NCBI RefSeq assembly: GCF_016127575.1
Contig: NZ_CP066018.1
Location: forward strand, 1,530,001 to 1,562,000
Direction of reading: 5' to 3'
DNA length: 32,000 nt
Origin: Cupriavidus necator
GTDB taxonomy: Bacteria > Pseudomonadota > Gammaproteobacteria > Burkholderiales > Burkholderiaceae
Position 1 is the first letter of the stretch. Each line of letters starts with the position of its first letter. The position numbers and the translations under genes were made by a program. Shown here piece by piece: positions 1 to 9,258 of this stretch. The notes beneath the pieces were generated by a model. It was given only the letters and a program-made list of their open reading frames with translations. It ran no database searches and was not told where the DNA came from.

Positions 1-917
1 CGGGGTTGCCGACCGAGAAGCTCAACCAGTGCGCGTTCGAGCTGAGCGGCGCCAGCCTCGATCCGAACCGTCCGGCCAAGCTCTTCGTCGGCGAAGGCGT
101 GGTGGGCGGCACCATCCCGGGCGCGCGCATCCAGTTCAACGGCGTGCTGGGCGCCGGCGCGGTGCCGGACACCACCTTCCCGTATTTCCAGTTCATCGGC
201 TTCGCGCAGACCGAGACCGACCTGTCGAAGATTGCCGGCCAGTACAACGGCACGGGCTTCCACGAGGTGCCGTCCAAGCAGTTCCAGCTGGTGGCGCAGG
301 ACTACCGCATGGCGCTGGCTGCCGATGGTTCCTTCACCGTCTGCGACAACGCCACCAACACGTGCGAGCGCAAGGGCAACAACTTCGTGCCGCAGGCGAG
401 CGGCGCGCTGCTGTCGACCAACTACAAGGCCGAGAGCCAGCCGCCCACGCTGGGCGGCACGCTGGGCAAGGCCTACCTGATCGTGGGCAAGCTGCGCGGC
501 CAGCTGGTGCCGGTCATGATCCGCGTGGGCTATGCCAATGACTCGCTCGCCAACGGCCCGCTTGGTGCCGACGACGAGATCGGCATCGGCATGATGGCGC
601 CGGCGGTAGCGCTTACTGAAGGCACGGTCAACGGCGAATACGTCGGCGTGGACAGCAACTTCAACTACCGCGTGACGGCACTGGTCGGCGCCGCGGCCAC
701 CATGATGGATCCGTTCCGGCCGCATGATGCCTCGCTCGCCATCCCGTACCGGCTGGATTTCTCGCAGCAGGTGCCGGGCGTGGTCCGCACGTCGCGGCGC
801 GATGCGCCTGCAGGCTCGGCGCCGACCGGCAAGCTGATGTTCACCGGCGGCGTGTTCGGCTTCCTGGAACAGCGCGACAGCGGCCCGTACTTCACCGTCG
901 GCGCATTCGTGCAGTAA
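1..917 (+). CDS. hypothetical secreted/periplasmic protein, C-terminal part (5' end lies outside the window)
   Basis: The reading frame is open from the window edge (codon phase 3, 6, 9...) and ends at TAA 915-917. Third codon positions are strongly G/C-biased, like the confirmed genes nearby. The protein is Gly/Ala/Val-rich with a Cys pair (CDNATNTC). I recognise no family. Confidence 0.55.
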   Translation, partial: GLPTEKLNQCAFELSGASLDPNRPAKLFVGEGVVGGTIPGARIQFNGVLGAGAVPDTTFPYFQFIGFAQTETDLSKIAGQYNGTGFHEVPSKQFQLVAQDYRMALAADGSFTVCDNATNTCERKGNNFVPQASGALLSTNYKAESQPPTLGGTLGKAYLIVGKLRGQLVPVMIRVGYANDSLANGPLGADDEIGIGMMAPAVALTEGTVNGEYVGVDSNFNYRVTALVGAAATMMDPFRPHDASLAIPYRLDFSQQVPGVVRTSRRDAPAGSAPTGKLMFTGGVFGFLEQRDSGPYFTVGAFVQ

Positions 918-1003
918 GCACGCTGCCAGGCCCGGGCCATTGCAGCCCGGGCCACTGCGCCACGATCCGACCATACAGAGACATCCACTGCCGGGGACAC
1001 AAG

Positions 1004-1843
1004 ATGAAAACCATACGCCTCACGCTCACACTGATGCTGGCCGCGCTGGCCAGCTTCGCCCTGCCTGCCCACGCCCAGAAGAAGGGCGACAACGTGGTAT
1101 CCGCGGGCTGGTTCCATATCCAGACCCACGGCCAGAGCGCTCCGCTGACTACCACCTTGCTCGACGTGCCGATCAACTACCCGCTCGGGCTGCCGTCCAG
1201 CTTCACCGCACCGGGCAGCAGCATCTCGTCATCCAACGCCAATACGCTGGGGCTGACCTTCAGCCACTTCGTCTCCGACCATATCGCGATCACCGCGGTG
1301 GGCGGCATCCCGCCGGAGTTCAAGCTCTACGGCCACGGCGAACTGATCCCGCCCGGCCCGGCCGGAGCGCTCGGGCGCCAGAGCCTGGGCGATCCGTCGC
1401 TGAACCCCATCGTCACCAAGGCACGCCAGTGGAGCCCGGCGGCGATGGTGCAGTACCACTTCCTGGATCCGGGCACGCGCTTCCGCCCGTTCCTGGGGTT
1501 GGGGGTGTCGTACAACTTTTTTACCAACATCGAGGTCAATCCGGCGTTTGCGAGCTCGGTCAACAACAACCTCGGCGCGATCCTGGCGGCGGGGGCGGGC
1601 ATCCCAGGTCCGACTTCGGTGAGTGCGGATGCGTCGTCGTCATGGGCGCCCGTGTTCAATATCGGCGGCACCTACAACTTCGACGAGCATTGGGGGCTGA
1701 CGGCGGCGGTGACTTATATCCCGCTGAAGACGACGTCGACGATGACGATCAAGGCGGCCGACGGGACCGTGCTGTCGACCTCGAAGACCAAGCTGGAGCC
1801 GAATCCGCTGGTGTTCTTCCTGGCGGCTTCGTACAAGTTCTGA
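1004..1843 (+). CDS. ompW: OmpW-family outer membrane protein
   Basis: ATG at 1004 follows a GGGGA RBS-like element. The signal peptide is MKTIRLTLTLMLAALASFALPAHA|Q. Alternating beta-strand segments resemble OmpW (NTLGLTFSHFVSDHIAI, RFRPFLGLGVSYNFF), and the C-terminus ends in the aromatic SYKF. At 279 aa it is longer than classical OmpW. Confidence 0.8.
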   Translation: MKTIRLTLTLMLAALASFALPAHAQKKGDNVVSAGWFHIQTHGQSAPLTTTLLDVPINYPLGLPSSFTAPGSSISSSNANTLGLTFSHFVSDHIAITAVGGIPPEFKLYGHGELIPPGPAGALGRQSLGDPSLNPIVTKARQWSPAAMVQYHFLDPGTRFRPFLGLGVSYNFFTNIEVNPAFASSVNNNLGAILAAGAGIPGPTSVSADASSSWAPVFNIGGTYNFDEHWGLTAAVTYIPLKTTSTMTIKAADGTVLSTSKTKLEPNPLVFFLAASYKF

Positions 1844-1851
1844 CGCTGAAA

Positions 1852-1886
1852 GAAAAAAACGACGCGCCTGAGCGCGTCGTTTTTTA
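1852..1886. terminator. bidirectional rho-independent terminator shared by ompW (+) and the outer-membrane factor gene (-)
   Basis: A 9-bp stem ACGACGCGC / GCGCGTCGT (1859-1867 / 1872-1880) closes a 4-nt loop. An A-run lies on the left and a T-run on the right, between two convergent stop codons. Confidence 0.75.
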
Positions 1887-1911
1887 TTGCTGCAACGGCA
1901 AGCGGCAACCT

Positions 1912-3399
1912 TTACTGCGTCACCGTCCCCGGTTGCGCAGGCGTCGCCTGCTGCGCCACCGGACTGTTCTCCTGCAAGCCACCGCCCAGCGACCGGTACA
2001 GGTCGATCGCGTTGTTCAGCCGCAGCTGCCGCGCCTGGATCAGCGCCTGCTCGGCGGTGAACAGCTGGCGCTGCGCATCGAGTTCGTCCAGGTAGCTGGC
2101 CACGCCGCTGCGGAACCGCAGGCGCGCCAGCTCGTAGCGCGCGGCTTCGGCGTTGCGCACCTCTTCCTGGCCGGAGACCTGGTCTTCCAGCGTGCCGCGT
2201 GCTACCAGCGCATCCGCCACTTCCGCGAAGGCCGTCTGGATGGTCTTCTCGTAGTTGGCGATCTGGATGTTCTTGCGCACGTTGGCCAGGTCCAGGTTGG
2301 ACTTGTTGCGGCCATAGTCGAAGATCGGCAGCGTCAGTTGCGGCGCGAACGACCACGCCTTGGTGCCGGCATCGAACAGGTTCGAGAACGTCGGGCTGAT
2401 GGTGCCAACGCTGGTGGTCAGCGTGATGCGCGGGAAGAACGCCGCGCGTGCCGCGCCGATATTCGCGTTGGCCGACAGCAACTGCTGTTCGGCCTGGCGG
2501 ATGTCCGGGCGTTGCTCCAGCAGGTCCGACGGCAAGCCCGCGGGGATATCGCTGATGATGCGTTCGTCCGACAGCCGCATCGGCTCAGGCAGGTTCCCGA
2601 TGCTGCCGATGGGCTTGCCCACCAGCACTTCAAGCGCGTTCTGCGCCTGCGCGCGCTGGCGTGCTAGCTGCGCGGCGGCGACACGCGCCTGGGCCACCAG
2701 CGACTCGTTGTCGCGCAGGTCCAGCGCGGATGTGGCGCCGACGTCGAAGCGCTGCTTGGCGAGCCCATAGGTGCTCTCGCGCGCCTTGAGCGTGTCCCGC
2801 GCAATTTCGTACTGCTCGGCGAAGGAACGCTCGGACAGATAGGCCTTGGCCACTTCCGACACCAGCGAGATATACGCCGAACGATGCGCCTCTTCGGTGG
2901 AGAAGTACTGCGCCAGCGCCGCGTTCGACAGGCTGCGCACGCGGCCGAAGAAGTCGAGCTCGTAGGACGAGATGCCCAGGTTGGCCTGGTAGACCTGCGT
3001 CACCCCGGGCTGGCCGAGCACGGTCGAGGTCCCGGCGGCGTTGGTGCTGGCACGGGTGTAAGCAGCGTTCGCGTTCACCGTGGGCAGCAGGTCGGCGCGC
3101 TGCACCTGGTACAGCGCGCGCGCTTCTTCGATGCGCAGCGCGGCGGTGCGCAGGTCGCGGTTGTTGTCCAGCGAGGTCGCGATCAGCGACTGCAGGCGCG
3201 GGTCGCGGAAGAACTCGCGCCAGCCGATGTCGACAGCGCGGCGGGTCTCGCCGCTCTTCGCCTCGGCGGTGGCGTAGCCCTCGGGCGCCACCGGGAAGCT
3301 GTCTGCCACCGGCGGGGCAGGGCGGTCATAGTGGGGCGCGAGCGTGCACCCCGTCAGAACGCCGGCCACCAGCAGCAGTGTGGTCAGAGTCTTGGTCAT
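1912..3399 (-). CDS. RND efflux outer membrane factor lipoprotein, NodT/OprM family
   Basis: The start is the internal ATG at 3399 (MTKTLTTLLLVAGVLTGC, lipobox LTG|C), 2 nt downstream of the permease stop. The protein is full length at about 495 aa, with duplicated coiled-coil/beta-barrel repeats typical of OprM/NodT. Confidence 0.9.
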   Translation of the reverse strand: MTKTLTTLLLVAGVLTGCTLAPHYDRPAPPVADSFPVAPEGYATAEAKSGETRRAVDIGWREFFRDPRLQSLIATSLDNNRDLRTAALRIEEARALYQVQRADLLPTVNANAAYTRASTNAAGTSTVLGQPGVTQVYQANLGISSYELDFFGRVRSLSNAALAQYFSTEEAHRSAYISLVSEVAKAYLSERSFAEQYEIARDTLKARESTYGLAKQRFDVGATSALDLRDNESLVAQARVAAAQLARQRAQAQNALEVLVGKPIGSIGNLPEPMRLSDERIISDIPAGLPSDLLEQRPDIRQAEQQLLSANANIGAARAAFFPRITLTTSVGTISPTFSNLFDAGTKAWSFAPQLTLPIFDYGRNKSNLDLANVRKNIQIANYEKTIQTAFAEVADALVARGTLEDQVSGQEEVRNAEAARYELARLRFRSGVASYLDELDAQRQLFTAEQALIQARQLRLNNAIDLYRSLGGGLQENSPVAQQATPAQPGTVTQ

Positions 3400-3401
3400 G
3401 T

Positions 3402-6400
3402 TCAGATTTCCTCTTTCGGCTCGTGCCACTTCTGGTCCAGCATGCGCTGGCGTTTGCTGCCCTTGAAGCGCTTGCGCACCACCACGAAGAAGACCGGCAC
3501 CAGGAAGATCGCCAGCACCGTGGCGGTGATCATCCCGCCAATCACGCCGGTACCGATGGCGCGCTGGCTGGCCGAACCCGCACCGGTGGCGATCGCCAGC
3601 GGCAGCACGCCCAGGATGAACGCCATCGACGTCATCAGGATCGGGCGGAAACGCAGGTGCACCGCTTCCAGCGTGGCTTCGATCAGGCCCTTGCCCTGCG
3701 CCTGCAGGTCCTTGGCGAATTCCACGATCAGGATGGCGTTCTTCGCCGACAAGCCGATCGTGGCGATCAGGCCCACCTTGAAGTACACGTCGTTGGGCAT
3801 GCCGCGCAGCGTCACGCCGAGCAGCGCGCCGAGCACGCCCAGCGGCACCACCAGCAGCACCGAGAACGGGATCGACCAGCTTTCATACAGCGCGGCCAGG
3901 CACAGGAACACGATGATCAGCGACAGCGTGTACAGGATCGGTTCCTGCGAGCCGGCCAGGCGTTCTTCATAAGACTGGCCGGACCACTCGAAGCCGAAGC
4001 CCGGCGGCAGCTTGGCGAAGTTCTCTTCCATCACGCGCATGGCTTCACCGGTACTGCGGCCCGGCGCGGCCTGGCCCGCCAGCTTCACCGCCGGCATGCC
4101 GTTGTAGCGCTCCAGGCGCGGCGAGCCCATTACCCACTTGGAGGTCGCGAACGCGGCAAACGCCACCATGTCGCCGTTGTTGTTGCGCACGCGCAGCTTG
4201 GTCAGGTCGTCCGGCAGGCGGCGGTCTGAGCCTTCTGCCTGCACGATCACCTTGCGCACCCGGCCTTCATAGATGAAGTCGTTGACGTAGTTGGAGCCGA
4301 ACGCAATCGACAGCGTCGAGTTGATGCTCGCCACCGTGACGCCGAGCGCCTTGGCCTTCTCGCGGTCGATGTCGATCTGCAGCTGCGGCGCATCTTCCTG
4401 GCCTTCCGGGCGTACGCCCATCAGCACCGGGCTCTGCGCGGCCATACCGAGCATCATGTTGCGCGCTTCCATCAGCTTGGCGTGACCCTGGCCGGTGCGG
4501 TCCTGCAGGCGGAAGTCAAAGCCCGAGGAGTTGCCCAGCTCGGAAATCGCCGGCGGGTTGAGCGGGAAGATGATCGCGTCCTTGATGAACGAGAGCGCGC
4601 CGAAGGCACGGCCGACCAGGGCCTGCGCGGTCTCGCCGTCGCCGGTGCGCTCCTTCCAGTCCTTCAGGCGCACGAACGCGATACCGCCGTTCTGGCCGCG
4701 GCCGAAGAAGGAGAAGCCCGCCACCGTGATCATCTGGTCAACCACCTTGCTTTCCTTCTGCAGGTAGTAGTCCTCGATCTGCTTGAGCACGCCGATGGTA
4801 CGGTCCTGGGTGGCGCCATTGGGCAGCTGCACCACGGTGATCATGTAGCCCTGGTCCTCATCGGGCAGGAACGACGACGGCAGGCGCTTGAACAGCACCA
4901 CCACGCCGACGATGATGACCGCGTAGATGATCAGGTAGCGGCCGGAGCGCTTGAGGATGCGCGCGACCACGCCCTGGTAGCTGGTGGCCGAACGCGCGAA
5001 GGTGCGGTTGAACCAGCCGAAGAAGCCCGTCTTCTCATGGTGATGGCCGGCTTCCACGGGCTTGAGCAGCGTCGCGCACAGTGCCGGGGTCAGCGTCAGC
5101 GCCAGCAGCGCCGAGAATGCCATCGACGAGATCAGCGACAGCGAGAACTGGCGGTAGATGTTGCCCACCGAGCCCGAGAAGAATGCCATCGGGATGAACA
5201 CCGCGGTCAGCACCAGCGTGATGCCGACGATCGCGCCGGTGATCTGGCCCATGGCCTTGCGCGTGGCCTCACGTGGCGAGAGTCCTTCCTCGCTCATAAT
5301 CCGCTCGACGTTCTCGACCACCACGATGGCATCGTCCACCAGGATACCGATGGCCAGCACCATGCCGAACATGGTCAGCACGTTGATCGAGAAGCCGAAC
5401 GCCAGCAGCGCGCCGAAGGTGCCCAGCAGCGCGATCGGCACCACCAGCGTCGGGATCAGCGTGGCGCGGAAGTTCTGCAGGAACAGGTACATCACCAGGA
5501 ACACCAGCACCACGGCTTCGAGCAGGGTCTTGATCACTTCCTCGATCGAGATCTTGACGAAGGCCGAGGTGTCGTAAGGCACCGAGTACTGGTAGTCCGC
5601 CGGGAAGTTCTTGGACAGCTCTTCCATCTTGGCGCGCACCGCGGTGGCCGTGGCCAGCGCGTTGCCGGTCGGGGCCAGCTTGATGGCGATGGCCGCCGAC
5701 GGCTTGCCGTTGGTGCGGGCCAGCGTCGAGTAGTCGGCACCGCCCAGCTCCACCCGGCCCACGTCCTTGATGCGCACCGAAGACCCGTCCGGGTTGGTGC
5801 GCAGCAGGATGTTGCCGAACTGCTCAGGCGTGGTCAGGCGGCTTTCGGTGGTGACGGTGGCGTTGAGCTCGGTGCCCTTGGGCGAGGGCGTGCCGCCCAG
5901 CTCGCCCACGGCGACCTGGATGTTCTGCTCGCCCACCGCGGCGGTGACGTCGGTCGGGGTCAGGTTGTAGCCGGTCAGCTTGGCCGGGTCCAGCCAGATC
6001 CGCATGGCGTACTCGGTGCCGAACAGGTCGGCCTGGCCCACGCCCGGCACCCGGCGGATCGAGTCGATCACCTGCGCCGAGACATAGTTGCCGAGCTGGA
6101 TCGCGTCGGCCGTGCCGGACTTGGACGACACGGTCAGGAACATCATGTAGTTGTTCCCGGCCTTGTCCACGCGCACGCCCTGCTGGCGCACTTCAGCCGG
6201 CAGGCGCGCTTCCACGCGCTTGAGGCGGTTCTGCACTTCGACCGAGTTCAGGTCGACGTTCGAACCCGGCGCGAAGGCGATGGTGATGCTCGCCAGGCCG
6301 GACGACTCGCTGGTGGAGTTGTAGTAGAGCAGGTTAGGGGCGCCGTTGAGCTCCTGCTCGATCACCGAGGTGACGGAATCCTCCAGCGTCTTGGCCGACG

Positions 6401-6554
6401 CACCCGGGTAGGTGGCGGTGACCGAGATCGTCGGCGGGGCGATGTTCGGATATTGCGCGATCGGCAACTGCAGGATCGACAATATGCCGCCCAGCACGAT
6501 GATCAGCGCGAGCACCCACGCGAACACCGGCCGGTCGATAAAAAACTTGGCCAT
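3402..6554 (-). CDS. efflux RND transporter permease subunit (AcrB/MexB-like, HAE1)
   Basis: The 1050-aa protein has the canonical N-terminus [23 protein letters not shown] and a 12-TM architecture with two large periplasmic loops. A GAGGGAG RBS lies upstream. Confidence 0.95.
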   Translation of the reverse strand: MAKFFIDRPVFAWVLALIIVLGGILSILQLPIAQYPNIAPPTISVTATYPGASAKTLEDSVTSVIEQELNGAPNLLYYNSTSESSGLASITIAFAPGSNVDLNSVEVQNRLKRVEARLPAEVRQQGVRVDKAGNNYMMFLTVSSKSGTADAIQLGNYVSAQVIDSIRRVPGVGQADLFGTEYAMRIWLDPAKLTGYNLTPTDVTAAVGEQNIQVAVGELGGTPSPKGTELNATVTTESRLTTPEQFGNILLRTNPDGSSVRIKDVGRVELGGADYSTLARTNGKPSAAIAIKLAPTGNALATATAVRAKMEELSKNFPADYQYSVPYDTSAFVKISIEEVIKTLLEAVVLVFLVMYLFLQNFRATLIPTLVVPIALLGTFGALLAFGFSINVLTMFGMVLAIGILVDDAIVVVENVERIMSEEGLSPREATRKAMGQITGAIVGITLVLTAVFIPMAFFSGSVGNIYRQFSLSLISSMAFSALLALTLTPALCATLLKPVEAGHHHEKTGFFGWFNRTFARSATSYQGVVARILKRSGRYLIIYAVIIVGVVVLFKRLPSSFLPDEDQGYMITVVQLPNGATQDRTIGVLKQIEDYYLQKESKVVDQMITVAGFSFFGRGQNGGIAFVRLKDWKERTGDGETAQALVGRAFGALSFIKDAIIFPLNPPAISELGNSSGFDFRLQDRTGQGHAKLMEARNMMLGMAAQSPVLMGVRPEGQEDAPQLQIDIDREKAKALGVTVASINSTLSIAFGSNYVNDFIYEGRVRKVIVQAEGSDRRLPDDLTKLRVRNNNGDMVAFAAFATSKWVMGSPRLERYNGMPAVKLAGQAAPGRSTGEAMRVMEENFAKLPPGFGFEWSGQSYEERLAGSQEPILYTLSLIIVFLCLAALYESWSIPFSVLLVVPLGVLGALLGVTLRGMPNDVYFKVGLIATIGLSAKNAILIVEFAKDLQAQGKGLIEATLEAVHLRFRPILMTSMAFILGVLPLAIATGAGSASQRAIGTGVIGGMITATVLAIFLVPVFFVVVRKRFKGSKRQRMLDQKWHEPKEEI

Positions 6555-6570
6555 AAACTGGCTCCCTCTT

Positions 6571-6601
6571 GGTCTAGCGGTCTAGCCGTATTTGCCGTAT
6601 T
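6571..6601. repeat. two adjacent micro tandem duplications in the adaptor-permease intercistronic spacer
   Basis: GGTCTAGC occurs twice in tandem (6571-6578, 6579-6586). GCCGTATT occurs twice with 1 nt between (6585-6592, 6594-6601). I read these directly from the sequence. Confidence 0.6.
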
Positions 6602-6617
6602 GGTGGTACGGCAGGGT

Positions 6618-7868
6618 TCAGCCTTGCTTGGCGTCAGACTTGGCTTGCTGCGGGCCCTCGGCCTTGGGGGCCGAGGCCGGCGCCGCCGGGGCGGAGGCCG
6701 TCGCCGCGGCCGGTGCCGAGGCCCCGGCCGGCTTGAACGGTACCGCCCTGGCCGGCGCACCGACCTTGACCTTCTGCAGGCCTTCGACGATCACCTTCTC
6801 GCCGCCCTTCAGGCCTTCGGTCACGACCCAGCGGTCGCCAATGGCCTGCGGCGCCTTGACCGGCACCGCCGCGACATTGCCGTCCGTGCCCACCACCATC
6901 ACGCTGGCACCCTGCGCGCCGCGGATCAGCGCCCGCTGCGGCACGGTCAGTGCGTTCTCGTCCACGCCCTGCTCGATCTTCACGCGCACGAAGGTGCCCG
7001 AGAGCAGCTCGCGCTTCGGGTTCGGGAACTGCGCGCGCAGCGTGATCGCGCCGGTGGTCGGGTCGACCGTCATGTCCGAGAACAGCAGCTTGCCGGTGTG
7101 CTCGTACTCGCGGCCGTCTTCCACGAACAGGCGCACGTTGGCGCCGCCGTTGACGCCCTTGACCACGCCGGACTCGATGGCGCGGCGCAGGCGCGTGACT
7201 TCCGAAGCCGGCTGGGTGAAGGTGACCCACATCGGGTCGACCTGCTCCACCAGCGCCAGCTTGGTCGCCTCGCCCTTGCCCACCAGCGCGCCCTCGGTCA
7301 CCAGCGCACGGCCGGCGCGGCCGCTGATCGGCGCGGTCACGGTGGTGTAGCCCAGGTTGATCTGGGCGGTGCGCACCGCCGCCTTGGCCGAGGCCACGTC
7401 GGCGTTGGCCTGGCCGGCGGAGGCCACGGCGTCGTCGTACTCCTGCTTGCTGACCGCGTTGACGGCCACCAGGGGCTTGTAGCGATCGGCCTTCAGGCGC
7501 GCCGACACGGCGTTGGCCTCGGCGCGCTGCAGCGCGGCCTGGGCCGAAGCCAGCGTGGCCTGGTAGGGTGCCGGGTCGATGCGGAACATCACCTGGCCGG
7601 CCTTCACTTCGCCGCCTTCGGTGTAGTTGCGCGACAGCACGATGCCTTCGACGCGAGCACGCACTTCGGCCGTGCGTATGCCTTCCAGGCGGCCCGGCAG
7701 TTCATTGACGACGGCGACCGGCGACGGCGTCACGGTCACCACACCCACTTCCGGCGGCGGCGGGGCGCCGCCTTCGGCCTTCTTGTCGCCGCAGGCAACA
7801 AGCGCCACGGCAGACAGTGCCGCTAGTGCATAGGCAGCAACGCAACGGATACGTTGGGACTTCCTCAT
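6618..7868 (-). CDS. efflux RND transporter periplasmic adaptor subunit (AcrA/MexA-like lipoprotein)
   Basis: The internal ATG at 7868 gives MRKSQRIRCVAAYALAALSAVALVAC with lipobox LVA|C. Lipoyl/hairpin/beta-barrel MFP architecture is present. The C-terminus is an Ala/Pro-rich tail. Confidence 0.9.
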   Translation of the reverse strand: MRKSQRIRCVAAYALAALSAVALVACGDKKAEGGAPPPPEVGVVTVTPSPVAVVNELPGRLEGIRTAEVRARVEGIVLSRNYTEGGEVKAGQVMFRIDPAPYQATLASAQAALQRAEANAVSARLKADRYKPLVAVNAVSKQEYDDAVASAGQANADVASAKAAVRTAQINLGYTTVTAPISGRAGRALVTEGALVGKGEATKLALVEQVDPMWVTFTQPASEVTRLRRAIESGVVKGVNGGANVRLFVEDGREYEHTGKLLFSDMTVDPTTGAITLRAQFPNPKRELLSGTFVRVKIEQGVDENALTVPQRALIRGAQGASVMVVGTDGNVAAVPVKAPQAIGDRWVVTEGLKGGEKVIVEGLQKVKVGAPARAVPFKPAGASAPAAATASAPAAPASAPKAEGPQQAKSDAKQG

Positions 7869-8132
7869 CGATAACCCCATGATGGCAATTTGAGATCTGC
7901 CGCATCGTCCCGACCTGTCATCCGACAAACGGATACGACACAGCCCGCCGCACGGTTTGCGGCGGACAAAAGCGTGATGCTAGCCACAAATCGCGGCGTC
8001 GCAGTGTCAAATGCGACGAACGGCGGCTTTTATGTAACGACTGGATTCATGACCGGCTGGCCTGCGGCAGGGATTGCCAACTGTGCTGGGTATGTCACAG
8101 AAGGCGGCTGGCCGAATGCCGGACAAGCGCGT

Positions 8133-8162
8133 ATTATATATACATTCAAGCATGTATGTTAA
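8133..8162 (-). promoter_or_regulatory. candidate sigma70 promoter for the RND1 operon
   Basis: On the minus strand I read TTAACA (-35, 8157-8162), an 18-nt spacer, then TATAAT (-10, 8133-8138). This sits in the only AT-rich patch of a 617-bp divergent intergenic region. Confidence 0.5.
8137..8160. promoter_or_regulatory. AcrR-type TetR operator (imperfect 24-bp palindrome)
   Basis: The sequence is TATATACATT-caag-CATGTATGTT, with a perfect core ATACAT-N6-ATGTAT at 8140-8157. It closely resembles the E. coli AcrR operator as I recall it (TACATACATT-N4-AATGTATGTA). It overlaps the candidate -35, spacer and -10. Confidence 0.55.
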
Positions 8163-8485
8163 GTTGATGTTGCAGAAGGGACTTTCGGCGCACAACCTGC
8201 GCCGCAGGGCCGCGGCAATACGGATCCCGCCCCCGGTCAAACCCAACCGGCCGGTCCAAATTGCTCCCCACCCGTTCGGAATCACGGCGCAAATCGCCGG
8301 CTCGGGTTAGGATGCGCGCCGTCGTATCGGCTCGCAGGCTGCAAGCACATTGGCATGTGACGACAACGACCCGCCGGCGCGTGCGCCGGCCGTGCGGCTG
8401 CCACAGCGGGGCCGCACCCAGGGAGAACCAACAAGGCTGGCCATGACGGATCCATTGCGTCATGCCGCCGGCACCAGAGACAAAA

Positions 8486-9229
8486 ATGGTCAGACGTACC
8501 AAGGAAGAGGCGCTTGAAACGCGCCACCGGATTCTCGACGCGGCCGAAGCCGTGTTCCACGCCCGCGGCGTGGCACGCCCGTCGCTGGCGGACATCGCCG
8601 AGGCGGCGGGTGTCACGCGCGGCGCGATCTACTGGCACTTCAAGAACAAGAGCGATGTGTTCGCCGCCATGTGCGACCGCGTCAACCTGCCCGTGGAAGC
8701 GCTGTGCGACCCCGAGCGGCTCGCGCGCCAGGAAGACCCGCTGGGCGGCATCCGCGACATCTGCGCCTATGTGATGCGCCAGACCGTGGTCAACCCGCGC
8801 TGGCGCCGGGTGTTCGAGATCATCTTCCACAAGTGCGAGATGGTGCAGGACAACGGCGCCATCTTCGAGCGCCAGCGCCAGTCGCACCAGGAAGGCCTGG
8901 TCAAGATGCGCGAGCACCTGCGCCTGGCCCTGGAGCGCGGCCAGCTGCCCGCCGACCTGGACCTGGACCTGGCCGTCAATGCCTTCCATGCCGCCATCGG
9001 CGGGGTGCTGGCGCACTGGCTGTTCTCGCCCCAGGACTTCGACCTCGACGCCAACGCCGAGCGCATGTCCGACGCCTTCATCGATACCCTGAAGTTCTCG
9101 CCGGCGCTGCGCCACGGCTACGTGCCGCGCCCGATGGCGGCGCTGGACCGGGAACTGTCCACGCTGTGCCAGCAGGCCTGCCCGAACGCCCAGCCGGGCG
9201 GGCTCGATACCGGCGACCTGGTCCCCTGA
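8486..9229 (+). CDS. acrR: TetR/AcrR family transcriptional repressor of the adjacent RND operon
   Basis: From ATG 8486 the protein starts MVRRTKEEALETRHRILDAAEAVFHARGVARPSLADIAEAAGVTRGAIYWHFKNKSDVF, which is near-collinear with the AcrR N-terminal HTH. It is divergent from the efflux operon. It carries a C-terminal extension of about 30 aa relative to typical AcrR. Confidence 0.9.
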   Translation: MVRRTKEEALETRHRILDAAEAVFHARGVARPSLADIAEAAGVTRGAIYWHFKNKSDVFAAMCDRVNLPVEALCDPERLARQEDPLGGIRDICAYVMRQTVVNPRWRRVFEIIFHKCEMVQDNGAIFERQRQSHQEGLVKMREHLRLALERGQLPADLDLDLAVNAFHAAIGGVLAHWLFSPQDFDLDANAERMSDAFIDTLKFSPALRHGYVPRPMAALDRELSTLCQQACPNAQPGGLDTGDLVP

Positions 9230-9234
9230 GCGGC

Positions 9235-9258
9235 GCGCTTATCCGCGCTTATCCGCGC
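9235..9258. repeat. 10-bp tandem repeat GCGCTTATCC x2.4 spanning the stop codon of the binding-protein gene
   Basis: GCGCTTATCC occurs at 9235-9244 and 9245-9254, followed by GCGC. The second copy contains the TAA stop (9249-9251, minus strand). Confidence 0.7.

Noticed and set aside
4482-7826. An 1114-aa plus-strand ORF. Similar very long ORFs occur at 940-2667, 16584-18557, 22590-24185, 24216-26201 and 29529-31625.
   Set aside because: All lie antisense to, or out of frame with, genes that have unmistakable family signatures (RND permeases, TctA, PEPCK, OprM). Their translations are Arg/Ala/Gly/His/Gln-rich low-complexity strings with no recognisable domains. This is the classic stop-codon-poor shadow ORF of high-GC DNA.
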